Origin: Lama guanicoe
Taxonomy: Eukaryota
DNA: 64,000 nt
Reading direction: 5' to 3'
Assembly: GCA_013239625.1 (NCBI GenBank)
Contig: MU053754.1
Location: 1,531,966 to 1,595,965 of the forward strand
The translations under genes and the position numbers were made by a program. This document shows, piece by piece, positions 13,310-25,946 of this stretch. Within the stretch, counting starts at the first letter, position 1; every line of letters begins with the position of its first letter. The notes beneath the pieces were generated by a model, which made no database searches, was not told the DNA's origin, and saw nothing but the letters and a program-made list of their open reading frames with translations.

Positions 13310-13670
13310 ATGAATTAGTCAGAGTAGGATCACTGCTGTAACAAACAGCCCTGCCAGTTTAACAGAATAAACATTATTTCTTCCTCACACAACATTCCAA
13401 CACACAAGTACATCCCCCTGCCCCAACTTGCAGATCTGCCAAATTCTAAGATCAGAAAGCACCTGCCTCCAGGCACACCAAGGGAAGAAGAGAGAGGGTG
13501 TGGAACACTGCACATAAGGCCGTTTGGGGCTGGGACCGGAGGTCATTTCAGTCACATTCCACCAGACAGGACTCAGACAGAGGGCTGCCCTACACGCCTG
13601 GGAAACTAGGAATAGGGGTAAGCTGTGCTACTGCACACAGGAGGACAAACAAACAGTGCAGTGAGCCTCT
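13310..13670 (-). mobile_element. Old MaLR LTR (MLT1J/K-like)
   Basis: ttagtcagagtagg...gctgtaacaaacagccc...ttatttcttcctcac, typical of an MLT1 end. Confidence 0.55.
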
Positions 13671-14061
13671 GGCCCAGGGCACCAGGGAGGGAGCACAAAG
13701 ATAACTAGAAAATAGTCATGGAGGAAAGAGGTTTTAAGAAATGGTTTTACCCAGTTAAGGAATGTCTTTAGACTACCAGTATTCTCCTATTCTTGGGCTT
13801 CAATTGTAAACAACAACAATAGTCCACTTGTGGAAGGGATAAACTAAAAACTGCTAAACCCACACCGGGAATGTACAACAAATCAGAATTAATTTATTCA
13901 ACTATAGCTGCAGTGTGAGCCGCCAATCCCATGAACAACAAAGATAGAAGAGAAAACTGTACTTCACAGTAACCTAGGCAAGCTTTCCTGTCTTGGTCTT
14001 GACTGAGACCCACTTTGTCTTTCAATATCTTGGTTCCTTCAGCATTGTCATTATTCTGAAC

Positions 14062-14413
14062 CAGGGGTCAGCAAGCCAGGGCACCGCAAACCACAGCCCA
14101 AGGGCACATCCGGCCCACCACCTGTTTTTGCATAGTCCTCAAGGTAAAAGCTGCTTTGACATTTTCAAATTGTTGAACAAAATCAAAAGAATAATAATAC
14201 ATCATGACCCATGAAAACTACATGAAATTCAAATTTCACTGTCCATGCATCAAGTTTTACAGGAACACAGCTACGCTCATCTGTTGGGATGTTGTCTGTG
14301 GCTGCCTTCCACGTTACAGCAGCAGAGCTGAATCCTTACAACAGACTGTGTGGCTCACAAATCTGAAAATATTTATTATCTGGCCCTTTGCAGTAAAAGT
14401 TTACCAACCCCTG
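14062..14413. mobile_element. MER58B-like hAT-Charlie element
   Basis: Terminal inverted repeats CAGGGGTCAGCAA ... TTACCAACCCCTG and internal gaaattcaaatttca...atctggccctttgcag. Confidence 0.88.
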
Positions 14414-17092
14414 GTCTAAGCCAGACTGGTTCCTTTCTGCTGTCAGAAAGTGTTGTCAAATACTCCATGTTTCCCTTCTCAGGAAGCAACATGTTCGGTG
14501 CTCAAGCTTTCCAGTGTTTCTGTTGAAACCGAGTAACAGGCTGGCAATTCTTCACCTTCTTCCCTTGTTTTCACAATTCCTGTCCATCAAGTCATACCAC
14601 ACAGGAATGTACAGCAGCTACAGTGACCTGAGATGACAGAAGCCCCCTGATTTTCTAGGCATGAACTGGGAAGATTTGCTCAACCTCAAAAATTTTAAGC
14701 AGAAAAAGGGATCCTCAGGCCTCTGTATGATCTGGAAGGTTTCCACCATTTCTTCCAAGCTCTCTCCATGACTATTTTCTACATCTCATGTATAAACACC
14801 ACTGCTCCCAGCTGGAGCAGCTGGGATTCAAAACCACTTCCTTTGCTGGTGATTTATCATTTCACTATTTTACACACCAACTTCCTAGGGCTGCCATAAC
14901 AAGTCAAAGCCAGCTTTTACTAAGTCTCTCTGAATTCAAAGCCCAAAGTAATTCCCACTAGTCCATCTTTCTGGCACGTTCCCCACCCTAGGATAAAAAG
15001 CCATGAATCAACTTCTTACCTACCCCCACCATATACAGATCCACTGGTTCCATCTTACATTTTCTGATTTATAGATCCTCTTTCTCTGCTTGGAACAAAG
15101 CATATGCTTTTTTCAATTTTCACCAAATCCAGACTGTTATTCCTCAGTGCAACTTTGTTTCTCATTTACTCTTATCTTCAGTGAACATAATTAGATACAG
15201 CAATATTGCAACTAGTAAAAATTCTTAAGACCTTTCTACATCTGTGTAAAGGTTTATAATTTATCATGGGATTTTTTTTTCTCACTGGTGTTCACCAGCA
15301 GCCTTGCCCAGGTGACTCCTCCAGGTTGGCCAGGTCCCAGGGCTCACTCCTGTGGGCCCACTGCAGCTCACTGCAGGAAGGCTACAACATCCCAAGACTC
15401 CTGGACAACTCAGCTTCCCACATCAAACTAATTACATAACTGCGCTTTGGGCAACTTTTGTTGTCATTTCTAAGTGACTACTACCGGACGAAGCCATGTA
15501 TTTTCCATAAATTTTAGGTCATTTTTTATTCTTTCAACCATAATACCAACCAATCAGCCATAACACTGACTAATCTTTCACTTCTGCAAGTTTCCATAAT
15601 GCCATACATTAATGAGTAACTACTTGATATAATCACTAAATAAAATCCCCAATGCTGCAAGGTATTTTAAAAAACAAGTATTTTATTATCATTAAGTAGT
15701 GGATACACCATGAGCACCACCTCTCACACACAAAGGTATAAGACAATTCCTGTTACATAAATTCTAGTATGAAGTGATTACTCCTCTTCATGGGAGGAGG
15801 AAAAGGCAACACTAGCTGCCCAAATCCAGAAACTGGAAGTAATGCAAAACACCACCAAATGGTTTTCTGAAAACAAAGACCAAACAGTTCACAATTTAGC
15901 CAAGATCCTAATCCAAATTAACTCATAACAGTGAATTGATGCACAGATGGTTGTCATGGTGACCTTTCTGGCTTTATATAATCTAGATGTCCAATGACAC
16001 ATAAGAGACACAGTATTAAAATATTGCTAAAATAATGACAACAGGCATGATTTAGATTTCCAGCATCTCGGACTTTCTTAAATCTAAATTACTTTTTAAA
16101 TCCATCTGAAAATATTCAACACAGCACTAAGGCCTCTTGATTTATGCTAATAATTTGATCATCTTTCCCCACTCTTAGCAAAGCTAATCACATTTGAATA
16201 TACTGAATGGTTTAACCATCTCAACAGATTTCTGATCAAAGCAAGTGTGAAATAATTTCCCCTGCTTTGTACAGCAAAATCCTTTATGCAAGCAAGTCAA
16301 CAATACGAGGAAGAGATAATGCAATTCAAAAAGCGTGGAGACGGGGCTTATAGAAGACTTATTTGCTAATATTATCACATGAAATTGTTTCTTTTGTTTT
16401 CTTAACTCTCAGCTGGTGAGGCAGCAGCAACTGAAACGATGTTCTCTCAATGTAGCATGGTCTTCAAGATGCTTTAGGGAATGAAATTACTTTCTAATCA
16501 TGAAATCCACTAGACTGTGGAACAGCCTAATAAGAAAAGTCATGTAATGCCAGCAGCTTTGGGTCATTTTGAAGTTAACACATGGGGTCTCTGCACTAAC
16601 GTGCCTGAGGCCACTGCTGAAATTAAAGCAAGTAAGAGGCCCTGGAGTAAAAGAGAGAACCCAAGATCCCTGCCTCCTGGCCTCCTGGTTTAGCATCTAA
16701 TTCTCATATCGGCCTCCAGGGGCGAGGACCTTGCCAAGTCAGTGGAGGTGATACAAGCTAGGGAGGACAGGAAGAATCTGGAGTTTGTAGTAGAATTTTT
16801 AAAAATCAGCTCCTTCACTATAGAATCTTCAAAGCTTTGACTCTCTCGAAGGAAAGGTGCTTATCATAAATAATTATAACCCACTGCAAGCCTTCCCCCA
16901 ATGGTGGAGAACTGAAACACTGATGACCACACGCGGAGCAACCTAAATACTGTCACATGCCCTCCCCTCTCCTGTAAGCACCTATGTTCTCCCTCCTGTT
17001 CAGTCCCTCCTTGATCCCAGCTTGAGGTCATGTTGTAGGAGGAAAGGAAGCGACCTCAGAACCTATAATGGGTAGAGAGTTCACCTTGGAGC

Positions 17093-17255
17093 CGTGGGTC
17101 CCAAACTTTATCACCAATAAGAATCAGCAAGCCCCCTGGGGGGGCTCGTTCAGACACCAAGGGTGGCCTCACCTGATTCAGCAGGTCCCAAGGGGGCCCC
17201 CCAAGAGTGCACATTTCTAACCAGCTGCTCCCTTTCCCATACTACTAGAACCACC
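17093..17255. mobile_element. MER5A-like fragment
   Basis: gtgggtcccaaacttta...tgattcagcaggtc...acatttctaaccagct. Confidence 0.55.
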
Positions 17256-18524
17256 TAGAGTTTAACTAAATAAGCCACAGGGAAGATCTGAGATCCCGAT
17301 GCTGCCTCTTGATTCGTGCTCCCTCATTTTTTTTTCCACAAGTGTTTTGTTGTTGCATGTTTCCTTTAATACCTGTCCCGTTGCTGCACATCTTAGACTG
17401 GATGGGAGGCAGACGGCCAGGTTAGAATCACAGCTTACCCATTACTGTGTGGTCTAGAGGAAGTGTCTTACCTTCTCCCAGTGAATGGAGAGAAGCTGAG
17501 AAAGGGCATCATTGAGGGTCAAGGGGGGCGTGTGACAATGTGGGCAAAGTACCGAGACTGCCTGATGTGCAAAGCACCCAAGAAACATGGTGGCTTTATT
17601 CTCACCTTGACCAGCCTGCAATATGCCTTGTGCAGCATGGCCAGCTCCAGTAAATCAGGGATCTGTCACTCCTTAAAGCATCCCAGTGCAGCAGTTGTGT
17701 TTCTGTGCCTCCATCCCAGCCGGATGTGCAGGTTAGAGCCTCCTTGGTCCAGATGATACTAAGCGGAAGTAAAGGGCATGCTATGCTTTTACGTTTAAGA
17801 AGACTTGGTAGGAAATAGGAAAAATACATGGGAGTAAATATAAGAAAAGCTTAAAGAGTAAATGTTATGTCTACAGGAAAAACATGGTTATGTATCAAGA
17901 TAAATGCTGTGCCAGATTTTTCATCCAGTCGTGTGAGGGTTGCCTAGGAAGAAAAGTGACTTTATAACCATTTGACTTTTTTTTAAGGGAGAGAGAGAAG
18001 TGGAAGGGGGAGGAGAGGAAAGGGAAAGGAAAAATGAAAGGAAAAGAAAGAAAGGGAAACAGTGGAAAAACAAATGTCTCATATCATCAGTTGGTCTTTG
18101 TTGTCTCCAGTCTAAACAGCAACCTGAAACGAGGCATGGCATGGAGACCTGCACAGCTCAGCTGCCACCTCAGGCCTGGAAGCTGATGCCCTTTACAGGA
18201 GCTCCAGAACATCTGCTACCTGAGCCCTTCACCCTAGTCTCCAGGCAACAGACACCCTCCCATCTACAACAGGAATGCGCCTGCTCCCAGGACTGCTGCT
18301 CTCGTTCCTTCCCACTGTCTCTGATTGCCGGGAGTTATGTTTAAATAACCTCTCTCTTCCATAATCAGTCTGTTCCTCCTGACCCATTAATTTCGTGAAG
18401 CTGCAGCCTAGTATTTGGGGCCTCAAAATCATTTCTGATTGCATACAAACATGAGGGCAAGCGGCGGTGGTAGGAAAATAAAGACTAAAGTACAGTAGAG
18501 GTTATCATGGGTTGTGTGCAGCAG

Positions 18525-19090
18525 ACAAACATAAATGCACACACACAGATGCACCACACATACACATCTGCATGCACACACGTGCACACACACAGGCACA
18601 TAAGAACACACATACACACAAACCTGTAAATACACATGCATGCACACACATGTGCACCTGCACCCATATCCATGCACACACCGGTACACAGTGCACTGCT
18701 AAGTTAATTAAACAAGGAGTCCATTAAACTGAGGTGGCTCTAATGCAGCAGAGGCCAATGCCAGCAAACTCTAAGCCTGTAAATGCCTCAAGGTTATCAA
18801 ATTGAAACATAAGGACAACCAATCCCAAAAAGCCCACTAGGTTTGAAGCTACAGCCAATCAATAATTTTCTTGCTTTGCTTCCACTTTTTCTCTATCAAA
18901 TTCTGTCCCCAGAGCTCCTGTTGGTGGAGGGCTGTAACCACTTCCGCTTTGGCATGCCAGATTCAAATCAACTTTCGCTCAGATAAACTCTTAAAATTGT
19001 CACCATGCCTCAGTTTATCTTTTAAGTACACACAATCATACACACACATACAAACCCATGCACACGCAAGCATGTGCATGTACACTCACA
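18525..19090. repeat. Degenerate (CA)-rich repeat interrupted by a solo LTR
   Basis: CA/TGCA-rich tracts at ~18525-18696 and ~19028-19090. Confidence 0.85.
18697..19027 (+). mobile_element. ERV1-class solo LTR (MER31-like)
   Basis: Starts TGCTAAGTTAATTAAACAAGGAGTCCATTAAACTGAGGTGGCTCTA, has two CCAAT boxes and ends gctcagataaactcttaaaa...cctcagtttatcttttaa. Confidence 0.7.
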
Positions 19091-20344
19091 GATTAAAGTA
19101 GTAAAGTTAGTCTTTTCAACAACTAACAGATTGCATAAGCTGCAGATGTTAAGGGCCTCTTTCAAGGCACAGATTATTTTTTTTTCAATTGTGAGCTGAG
19201 AACGACACTCTCAAGACCAAGACTTTGAACCTGGGCCACCAGTACTCTTCTGTCACCAGTTCACAGTGTCCATCATGTGTCTCTCATCCCAGTGACAAAG
19301 GCCTGGCCTCAAGCTCCTCTAAGGCACAAGGAAGCTTTACGTAACTGGAGACTGAGTCAGAGGGAGGCAGTGGTCACTGTATCTCCCATATTAACCTTTC
19401 ACTAACATGCTGACCATAATTAGCATAACAGAACCAGACTTCATGAATTCCTAGGTTTGCTCCTGGAAAAAAGATCCCTTGGGCCAAAATGAGAAAATGG
19501 TGACACAAGCAGAACATAGGGAAACAGTAACAATTAGATCTGCTCGGAGAGCAGCAGACCAGGACCTCCTCTCCCCCTCCACCTGTCTGCTCTTTGCAGC
19601 AGGAACTAGATCCTCCGGGAGGGGAGGAAGGTGCCCAGGTAGGGCCCAGGTGTGGGTGAGAAGGGAAAGGTCGAGGAGAGGAAGGACATCACACCCCAAC
19701 ACCCCAATTTCCTGTCTGCAGACAAGACCCAGCCCCACTGGGTGTGAGCAAAGAACAATTCATCATTAAAGGCTTTCAGGATGCCTGACAGGATCAAAAC
19801 CCTCACAAGCAAATTGCCTTTCTCTCTCCCTTTAAGCCTTTCCTCTTATGTAAATGTATTCCAAAAAACTGCCACTGTGTTTTCAGTAAAATGACACCAT
19901 GAACCTGCCAGCGGTCTTCCGGCTGTCTGGCTGCTTGGCAAACATCTTTAACATCCTTATTAAAATGTGGCCTGCATCTGCAGGGCCCAAACAGAAGATT
20001 AGCAGGGAGGCAGGTTCCCTGGGGGGACAGCTAAGCAGGGGCTTCAGAAGGGCTTCTGGCCCCACCCCATCCCGGGGGCGTAAGGCTGTGCTGTACTTTG
20101 TTTCAATTCATGTGTAGTTTCACCCCTCACACAGGGTATTTAATCTGTTTATATTTAACCCACCTAGCCCCACCGTGTGTGTGTGGTGTGAGGCACTAGG
20201 AAATCAGTCTAATAGTCAGCTTTTCCTACACTGGAAATTAGATGAAGTATCCGACCCCCTCTGGTCTGCACCCCTACCTCCGTAGGGTGCTGTGTGTCCT
20301 TACACAAAGGGTGAGGTTTCAAGGTCTCTGCTCTGTTTTTATTA

Positions 20345-20815
20345 TCATGGCGTGCTGGATGGAACTCTAAGATGGTCCCAAGAGCCCACCCGTGCACCTG
20401 CTGTGTGTAAATAATCCCCTCCGCTAGTGTCCTCGGTGGGACATCACTCCTATAATTCCAAACGTGAGGATCAGGTGTAAGGGAGACTTTCTACTGTGGG
20501 TTCTGAAGACGACAGGCCCATCTGGCAAGGAGCACAGGGGGCTTTTAGGAGCCAAGAGCAGCCGCAGCCTGACACCAGTCAGGAAATGGGATCCTCAGTC
20601 CTACATCCTCAAGGAACTGAATGTGGCCGACACCATGAGTGAGCGTGGAAGTGTCTTCTCCCCTGGGCTCCCAGAGAGGAGGCAGCAGCTGACACTTGTG
20701 CTGAGAAACCCCCCAAGTAGAGACCCCAGCAACACCATGCCAGACTTCTGACCCCCGGGACTCGACGATAGCAAATCGCTCTGAGTCCCGGCAACTGCAC
20801 CAATTTGTTACACGG
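20345..20815 (+). mobile_element. MaLR LTR (MLT1E/F-like)
   Basis: ctctaagatggtccc...cctcagtcctaca...aaggaactgaat...atgccagacttctgacc...aatttgttacac. Confidence 0.75.
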
Positions 20816-20949
20816 CCGTGAAAAGGAATCCACTGCCTTTCCAGATGGCTCCACCCAACGGCGGCCACCACCACCAGCCCTGAGCCCTTCTCTTTCAAAC
20901 CAGACTCAGCAGTTTCAGACACAATGGCATCTAGACGTCTTAGAATGAA

Positions 20950-21067
20950 NNNNNNNNNNNNNNNNNNNNNNNNNNNNNNNNNNNNNNNNNNNNNNNNNNN
21001 NNNNNNNNNNNNNNNNNNNNNNNNNNNNNNNNNNNNNNNNNNNNNNNNNNNNNNNNNNNNNNNNNNN
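20950..21067. other. Assembly gap (118 N)
   Basis: Run of n characters; ORFs spanning it are artefacts. Confidence 1.
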
Positions 21068-22514
21068 TTTCCATTTAAAAAAAAAAAAAAAAAGAAGGGC
21101 TTCTGCTCCTGGTCTCTATCAGAAAATTCTAAGTAATCAGGACAAATCAACTTGTAAATGAAACCTAATTTTCAGATTCCAAAGATGAAAATGGAAAGAT
21201 TTTCCTTTTGTTTATTGGTATGAATTCCACCCAATGGGATAACCATGAGAGTTACGGCCATCAAGTCCCAATGTTCTGTCAAGAGTTTCCAGTCAGTCTT
21301 AACGCTGTTTTTGTCCTACATCTTCAAAAGTTAAGAAGATGAACCTTAGTGATGCTCATTAGGGGTTAACATTACATTGTTACGTTGTCATCAATAGAAA
21401 GAAAAAGAAAGCCAGTGTATGAAGGCTTTGCATTTTCAAAATTGTGTGTATGTAAAACCGTTCTGAGTAACACAGTTTCTTTACTTTTTCATCTCAGGGA
21501 TGACAAGAAAGATTATACTTCTCTTAAGCTTTGTCTATCTCAGGAGCAATTCATTATGTTTGTAACAACAGTCGATAGTCATAAGAAAAAACATTTTGTG
21601 CTAATTGTACTAGGTAAAAATTTAGAGTAATACTGGTGTATCAAATGACCCCATTTTTGTTTTAATCATACCAAGTGAATGTGCTGGCCACCTCATTTGT
21701 GATTGGATTAGGTTAAGTATCAGCTGAGGTTCATCAGCTCAGTTTCTATTTGCATTTAACATACGCTGTTTGACCTGCCCCTTATAGCCCTGTTTGTGTT
21801 TAATAATGCAATTTAATTATATATCACAATCACACACACACAAAAAAAACAGAATGGAAGAGGCTCCAGTGAAATAGCTCATCGAACCCTCACAAGAAAC
21901 TTCTACTTCCCAGCTTACAAAGGAGAACACAGGTGCAGAAAATTAATGACGTGTTCAGGACCCAAGGAGCCAGCCTGGACTGCTGACTCACTCAACCTAC
22001 CTCTGCCACATATATTATCCCCCTACGAATCCTTCAGTGTTTGCAGATGAAACATACAATTTCTCATCTCACATTATACCTTTGCAAGTGTAAAGGAAAG
22101 AAATCTCACCTACAAAAGGTAAAGAGCAGGATGAAGGAGATGTAATACTCAATTCCAGCAGCCTACTGCATCCATGCAGGGTCTCAGATAAACTCGGTAG
22201 GGAAATGTTCAGCTCCTTGTGCTGACATTCTCGATTTTTTAAAGTTCTATTACATTTTTTATATCAGTTACGGTTTTAAATATTTTACCTTTTTTCTTTG
22301 CATTCTCACACGATTTCTCCAAATTAATACTGAAAAGTACTATGATATTTTAAAAGTACTGATTTAGTACTAAAAAGTATTTATTCATGTCCCAAATGGA
22401 AAACATTATATGGGCACTTTTGTAGCACAAACATTATAACAGTCTAGCAAAAAGGCAGAGGACTTTGCAAGACTTTCTAGTAGCCATGGCTGGGCCCTGA
22501 ACTATTACGTATGC

Positions 22515-23050
22515 TAACTCTTTCTGTGTAACAAATTGCATGCACCGAAACTTGGCAGTCTAAAACAACAATGACCATTACCTCTCAGTTTCTATGGGTC
22601 AGGAATTTGGAAGCAGCTTATCTTGGTGGTTCTGACTCAGAGTCTCAGGTGAGACTGCGGTGAAGATGTCGGCCAGGGCTGCAGTCATCTGAAGGCTTGA
22701 CTGGGACTGGAGGAGGATCCAGTTCCAAGATGGAGTGTGGACAGAGCTGGCAACGTGGTACTAGCTGGTTGTAAGGAGGCCTCAGTTCTTCACACATCTC
22801 CAAAGGGATGCTTAACTGTCTTCATGTTATGACAACTGGCTTTCCACAGAACAGGTGATTCAAAAAAGAGCAAGGCACAAGGGACAATGCCATTTATGAC
22901 CTATCTTTTGAAGTCACACCCCATCAGGTCCATAATAGTCTATCAGTTATCACTGGCCAGCTCTCATTAATGTTGCGGGAACTGCACAAGGATATGACTA
23001 TCAGGACAGAAGACCCATTGGGCACCACCTTGGATGCTGGCTGAGCCATA
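22515..23050 (-). mobile_element. MaLR LTR (MLT1F/G/H-like)
   Basis: tgtgtaacaaatt...ctcagtttctatgggtcaggaatttgg...gcagtcatctgaaggcttgactggg...ttccaagatgg. Confidence 0.8.
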
Positions 23051-23689
23051 CCATTTCCCAGAAAACAATGAGAGAATTTTCAAAACCCACTTCTGGAATC
23101 TTGGTGGGAAAAGAAGGGTTAGGACTTAGTCTAGGTCTGGAGACTGGTTCACCTTGTACCAGGATGGCCACCAGTGCAAATTTCAGCATCCAAAGGCACA
23201 TGGTAATTATAGGGTCCTTCTGAAATAAACATATATGTATCAGAGATCAAAGGTGACCCAAACCTGCAAATGGCTGAGGCTGCTAAAGAACTGTTTGGAG
23301 TCAAACAGATGGCAGTATTGTCCTTTCAAATGGTCCATTCAGCTTGGGGCAAGATTCCAGGCAGCAGCTGGGGAAAGAGAGTCCACCTCACCCCCTGGGA
23401 AAGGAGTTGGCTGCGGATCAGGGTAGGTCTGCAGGCTGTCAAGTGAAAGACAGGGCTAATCAGGAACCAAGGCACAAGCGGGAGGCTAATGTTGACAGTT
23501 GCCCATGACCCTTCCCGGAAATACTGTCTATGAGGCAAGGCGCACCAGCACAATTTCCTGAGCCCATTCCTCGGTAGATCTAAGATTCTACTGTGGAAAG
23601 CGCTGGGTCTTGATCTTGGAAAAAAAAAAAAAAAGGAAGGAAGATGGCATCTGTGGGCCTCCATCCCCAGAGAAAACCCCAGCAGGCTC

Positions 23690-24620
23690 CCAGACGTGTG
23701 TCAAACCTGATTCCTGCCCCTCAGGACCACGCTCCGAGACACCTAATGAGCGTCCCTCACACCGAGTCCCCAGCGCCCCTCGCGCCTCTGGAGGCTTCTC
23801 CCGGGCGGGGCCCTGGGGCTGGAGTCTGAGGTGAGTCCTTTAAGAGTTGGTTCTTTCGAATCTCATGGATGCGAGCCCCACTGGTATTGAGACGTCTCGG
23901 GGCTCCCTACCCCGGTGCACGTCCTCAAGGCTGGGGCGCCCTGTGTAAGGTTCCAACCCTTCCCTCCTCAGGCCGCAGCTCCGGGTTTAAAGTTCACCCC
24001 AGGGGTGGCCGGGCGAGGGTAGCCTCTCCCGGTAGACGATGTCCCAGCCTCTCCCACCTGCTCCGCTGTGGGTCTTCTCTGGTAGGAGCCGCTCAGTCGG
24101 TTTGAGGGTTTGTTCAGAGAAAGTTCTCCCCGTGTGGTGGCAGAGGGGACGTCTCCTCAGCTGCGGCCTCCTCAGCCGCGGCCTCCTCAATCGCCGCCGT
24201 CTTGAACCGGAACCGGAAACAGCAGCCGTGGTGGCGGAGGGGGGGAGGGGCGGAGGCACTTGGCTGCGGCGGCGGCAGCGGCGGCAGTGTCCCAGCTGCC
24301 TGAGGCGGCCCGAGTGCCGAGTCGCGGGTGGACGGGCGAATGGCACCTTGGTATCGAGGAGGCAGCTTTCATATGAAGGTAAGAGAGACTTACTGCTTCG
24401 CACATAACAGGAATCTGGAGACGGGCGGCGGCAGGCGTAGGTGGAATGGCGGTGGTTCTGGAATGCTCTGGGACGGGCTCGCGTTTTCACCGCACGGTGG
24501 TGTCACTCCAGGCCTCGTGTCTGCCCTGGCAGAGGTGAGGGGGCGGGTGTCATGGTCTACGACGGCCACTCGTTTCGTGGGAAAAGCAAAATCTTTCCTC
24601 GGAGGCTCGTAGATGGCCCA
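23690..24620. promoter_or_regulatory. CpG island / probable (bi)directional housekeeping-type promoter of an unidentified gene
   Basis: Sharp rise in GC and CpG density against CpG-depleted flanks. Tandem ETS motif CCGGAACCGGAA (24207-24218), GC boxes (GGGCGG at ~23804, ~24249, ~24542), (GGC)n run 24267-24285 and YY1-like motifs (AAGACGGCGGC on minus at ~24193-24203; AATGGCGG at ~24445). Consensus splice donors at 23831(+), 24379(+) and 24393(-). Confidence 0.9.
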
Positions 24621-24989
24621 GAGAGAGGCTGTAAGACCAAGTGTGTATACCAAGAGGGGCTGGGAAGGTAGGAACGGACACAGGAGAAACTCGACAGAGA
24701 GACGTTAGGATTCACCATACACCAGGGTCTTCCACAGACCCCTTATTCGGCTCTGTAAATGCACACGTGGCTTTCCCAGAATTACCGTTACAGTTTCGCC
24801 CAAAGTATATTTTCCAGAACAATAGTTCAAGTTCCTCCATGAAAAATGAGAATTTATAGGGAGAAAAAAGAGATTAATGTCCCCCCATGACGTGCACTAA
24901 GCAGAATCTCAAATAAGTGGGTCTCAGAAAGCTTTACCTCCCTGTGGCCTACACTGAGCATCCCAGATTTTGTTTCCTCCTTCATTCTC

Positions 24990-25400
24990 ATGAAGAGAAT
25001 GGGGACTTAGTTACCGCCATAATGTGCTTTGTTGAAATATGCACTTTCCCAGCCTCCCTTGAAGCTGCAGCTAGCTGTGGGATATGGTTCTAGCTGATGA
25101 GACCTAAGTAGGACACTGCTGGAGGTTTCAGGGAAAGTTTTAGCTTTTTGCTCCAAGCATCTTCCCTCGCTCCTGTTTTATTTGAACCTAGGCCATACAC
25201 ATTTGGGGATACTATCTTGTAAATACGAGGCAATGAGCATGAGGACTCAGGGTACAAGCTGAAGGCAAGAGAGAGGAGGGAGACAACCTGGGATGCTCGT
25301 GAGAAGGTGGAGTTGCTGCAGCTTTGTCCCGTGCAGCCAAACCCCAGCATAACTGATGTGATTAGGAAACTATTAACCACATCCCAGAATTGTTGTTCTG
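24990..25400 (+). mobile_element. Old MaLR LTR (MLT1J-like)
   Basis: actttcccagcctcccttgaagct...ttctagctgatgagac. Confidence 0.6.
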
Positions 25401-25946
25401 CTGAGCATATTGTACAAAGACTGACCAATACTATTAGAAAGGATTTAAATACGGAGGGGAGGGTTCCAGCTCCTTTGCCATGACATTGTAAAGAGCCCAT
25501 GTGCTGCTCCTTGGGATGGGAAGGGGTGAAGGAGCCTGGGAGTTGGGGGAGAGTTCTCATGGAATGTTACCATAACTGAAAATAATTCAAAGAATGAAAA
25601 TCAGAAATACTGTAAGCATTGCGTCAAAAGTGTATTAGTCACCTTTATCTTCAGAACACAAATATTTTAAATACTATGTCCCACTGTGGAATTTATAATC
25701 TAGTTTTTATTACTAATTTGCATTTCTTGGACAGGAGTTAAAATTTAAAACATCTTCCACAAATAAAGTGTATATCCCAGCTGCTTGCTACCCCAGCCGT
25801 CTTCAACCTGCAGTAATTCAACTAAGTGCCAGCTTTTTATGATTAATACTGTGCAAGTTCTGATGGTGTGTAAGTCTGAGAGACAGGGTGTGGTTGCTGA
25901 GAAGAAGATTAGACTAGGGCTTAAGGGCTGTCCTGGAAATGTGCCG

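Noticed and set aside
23869..24671. Long overlapping ORFs (up to 167 aa) in the CpG island
   Set aside because: Stop codons are scarce in GC-rich DNA, and the products are low-complexity Arg/Pro/Gly-rich with no recognisable homology.
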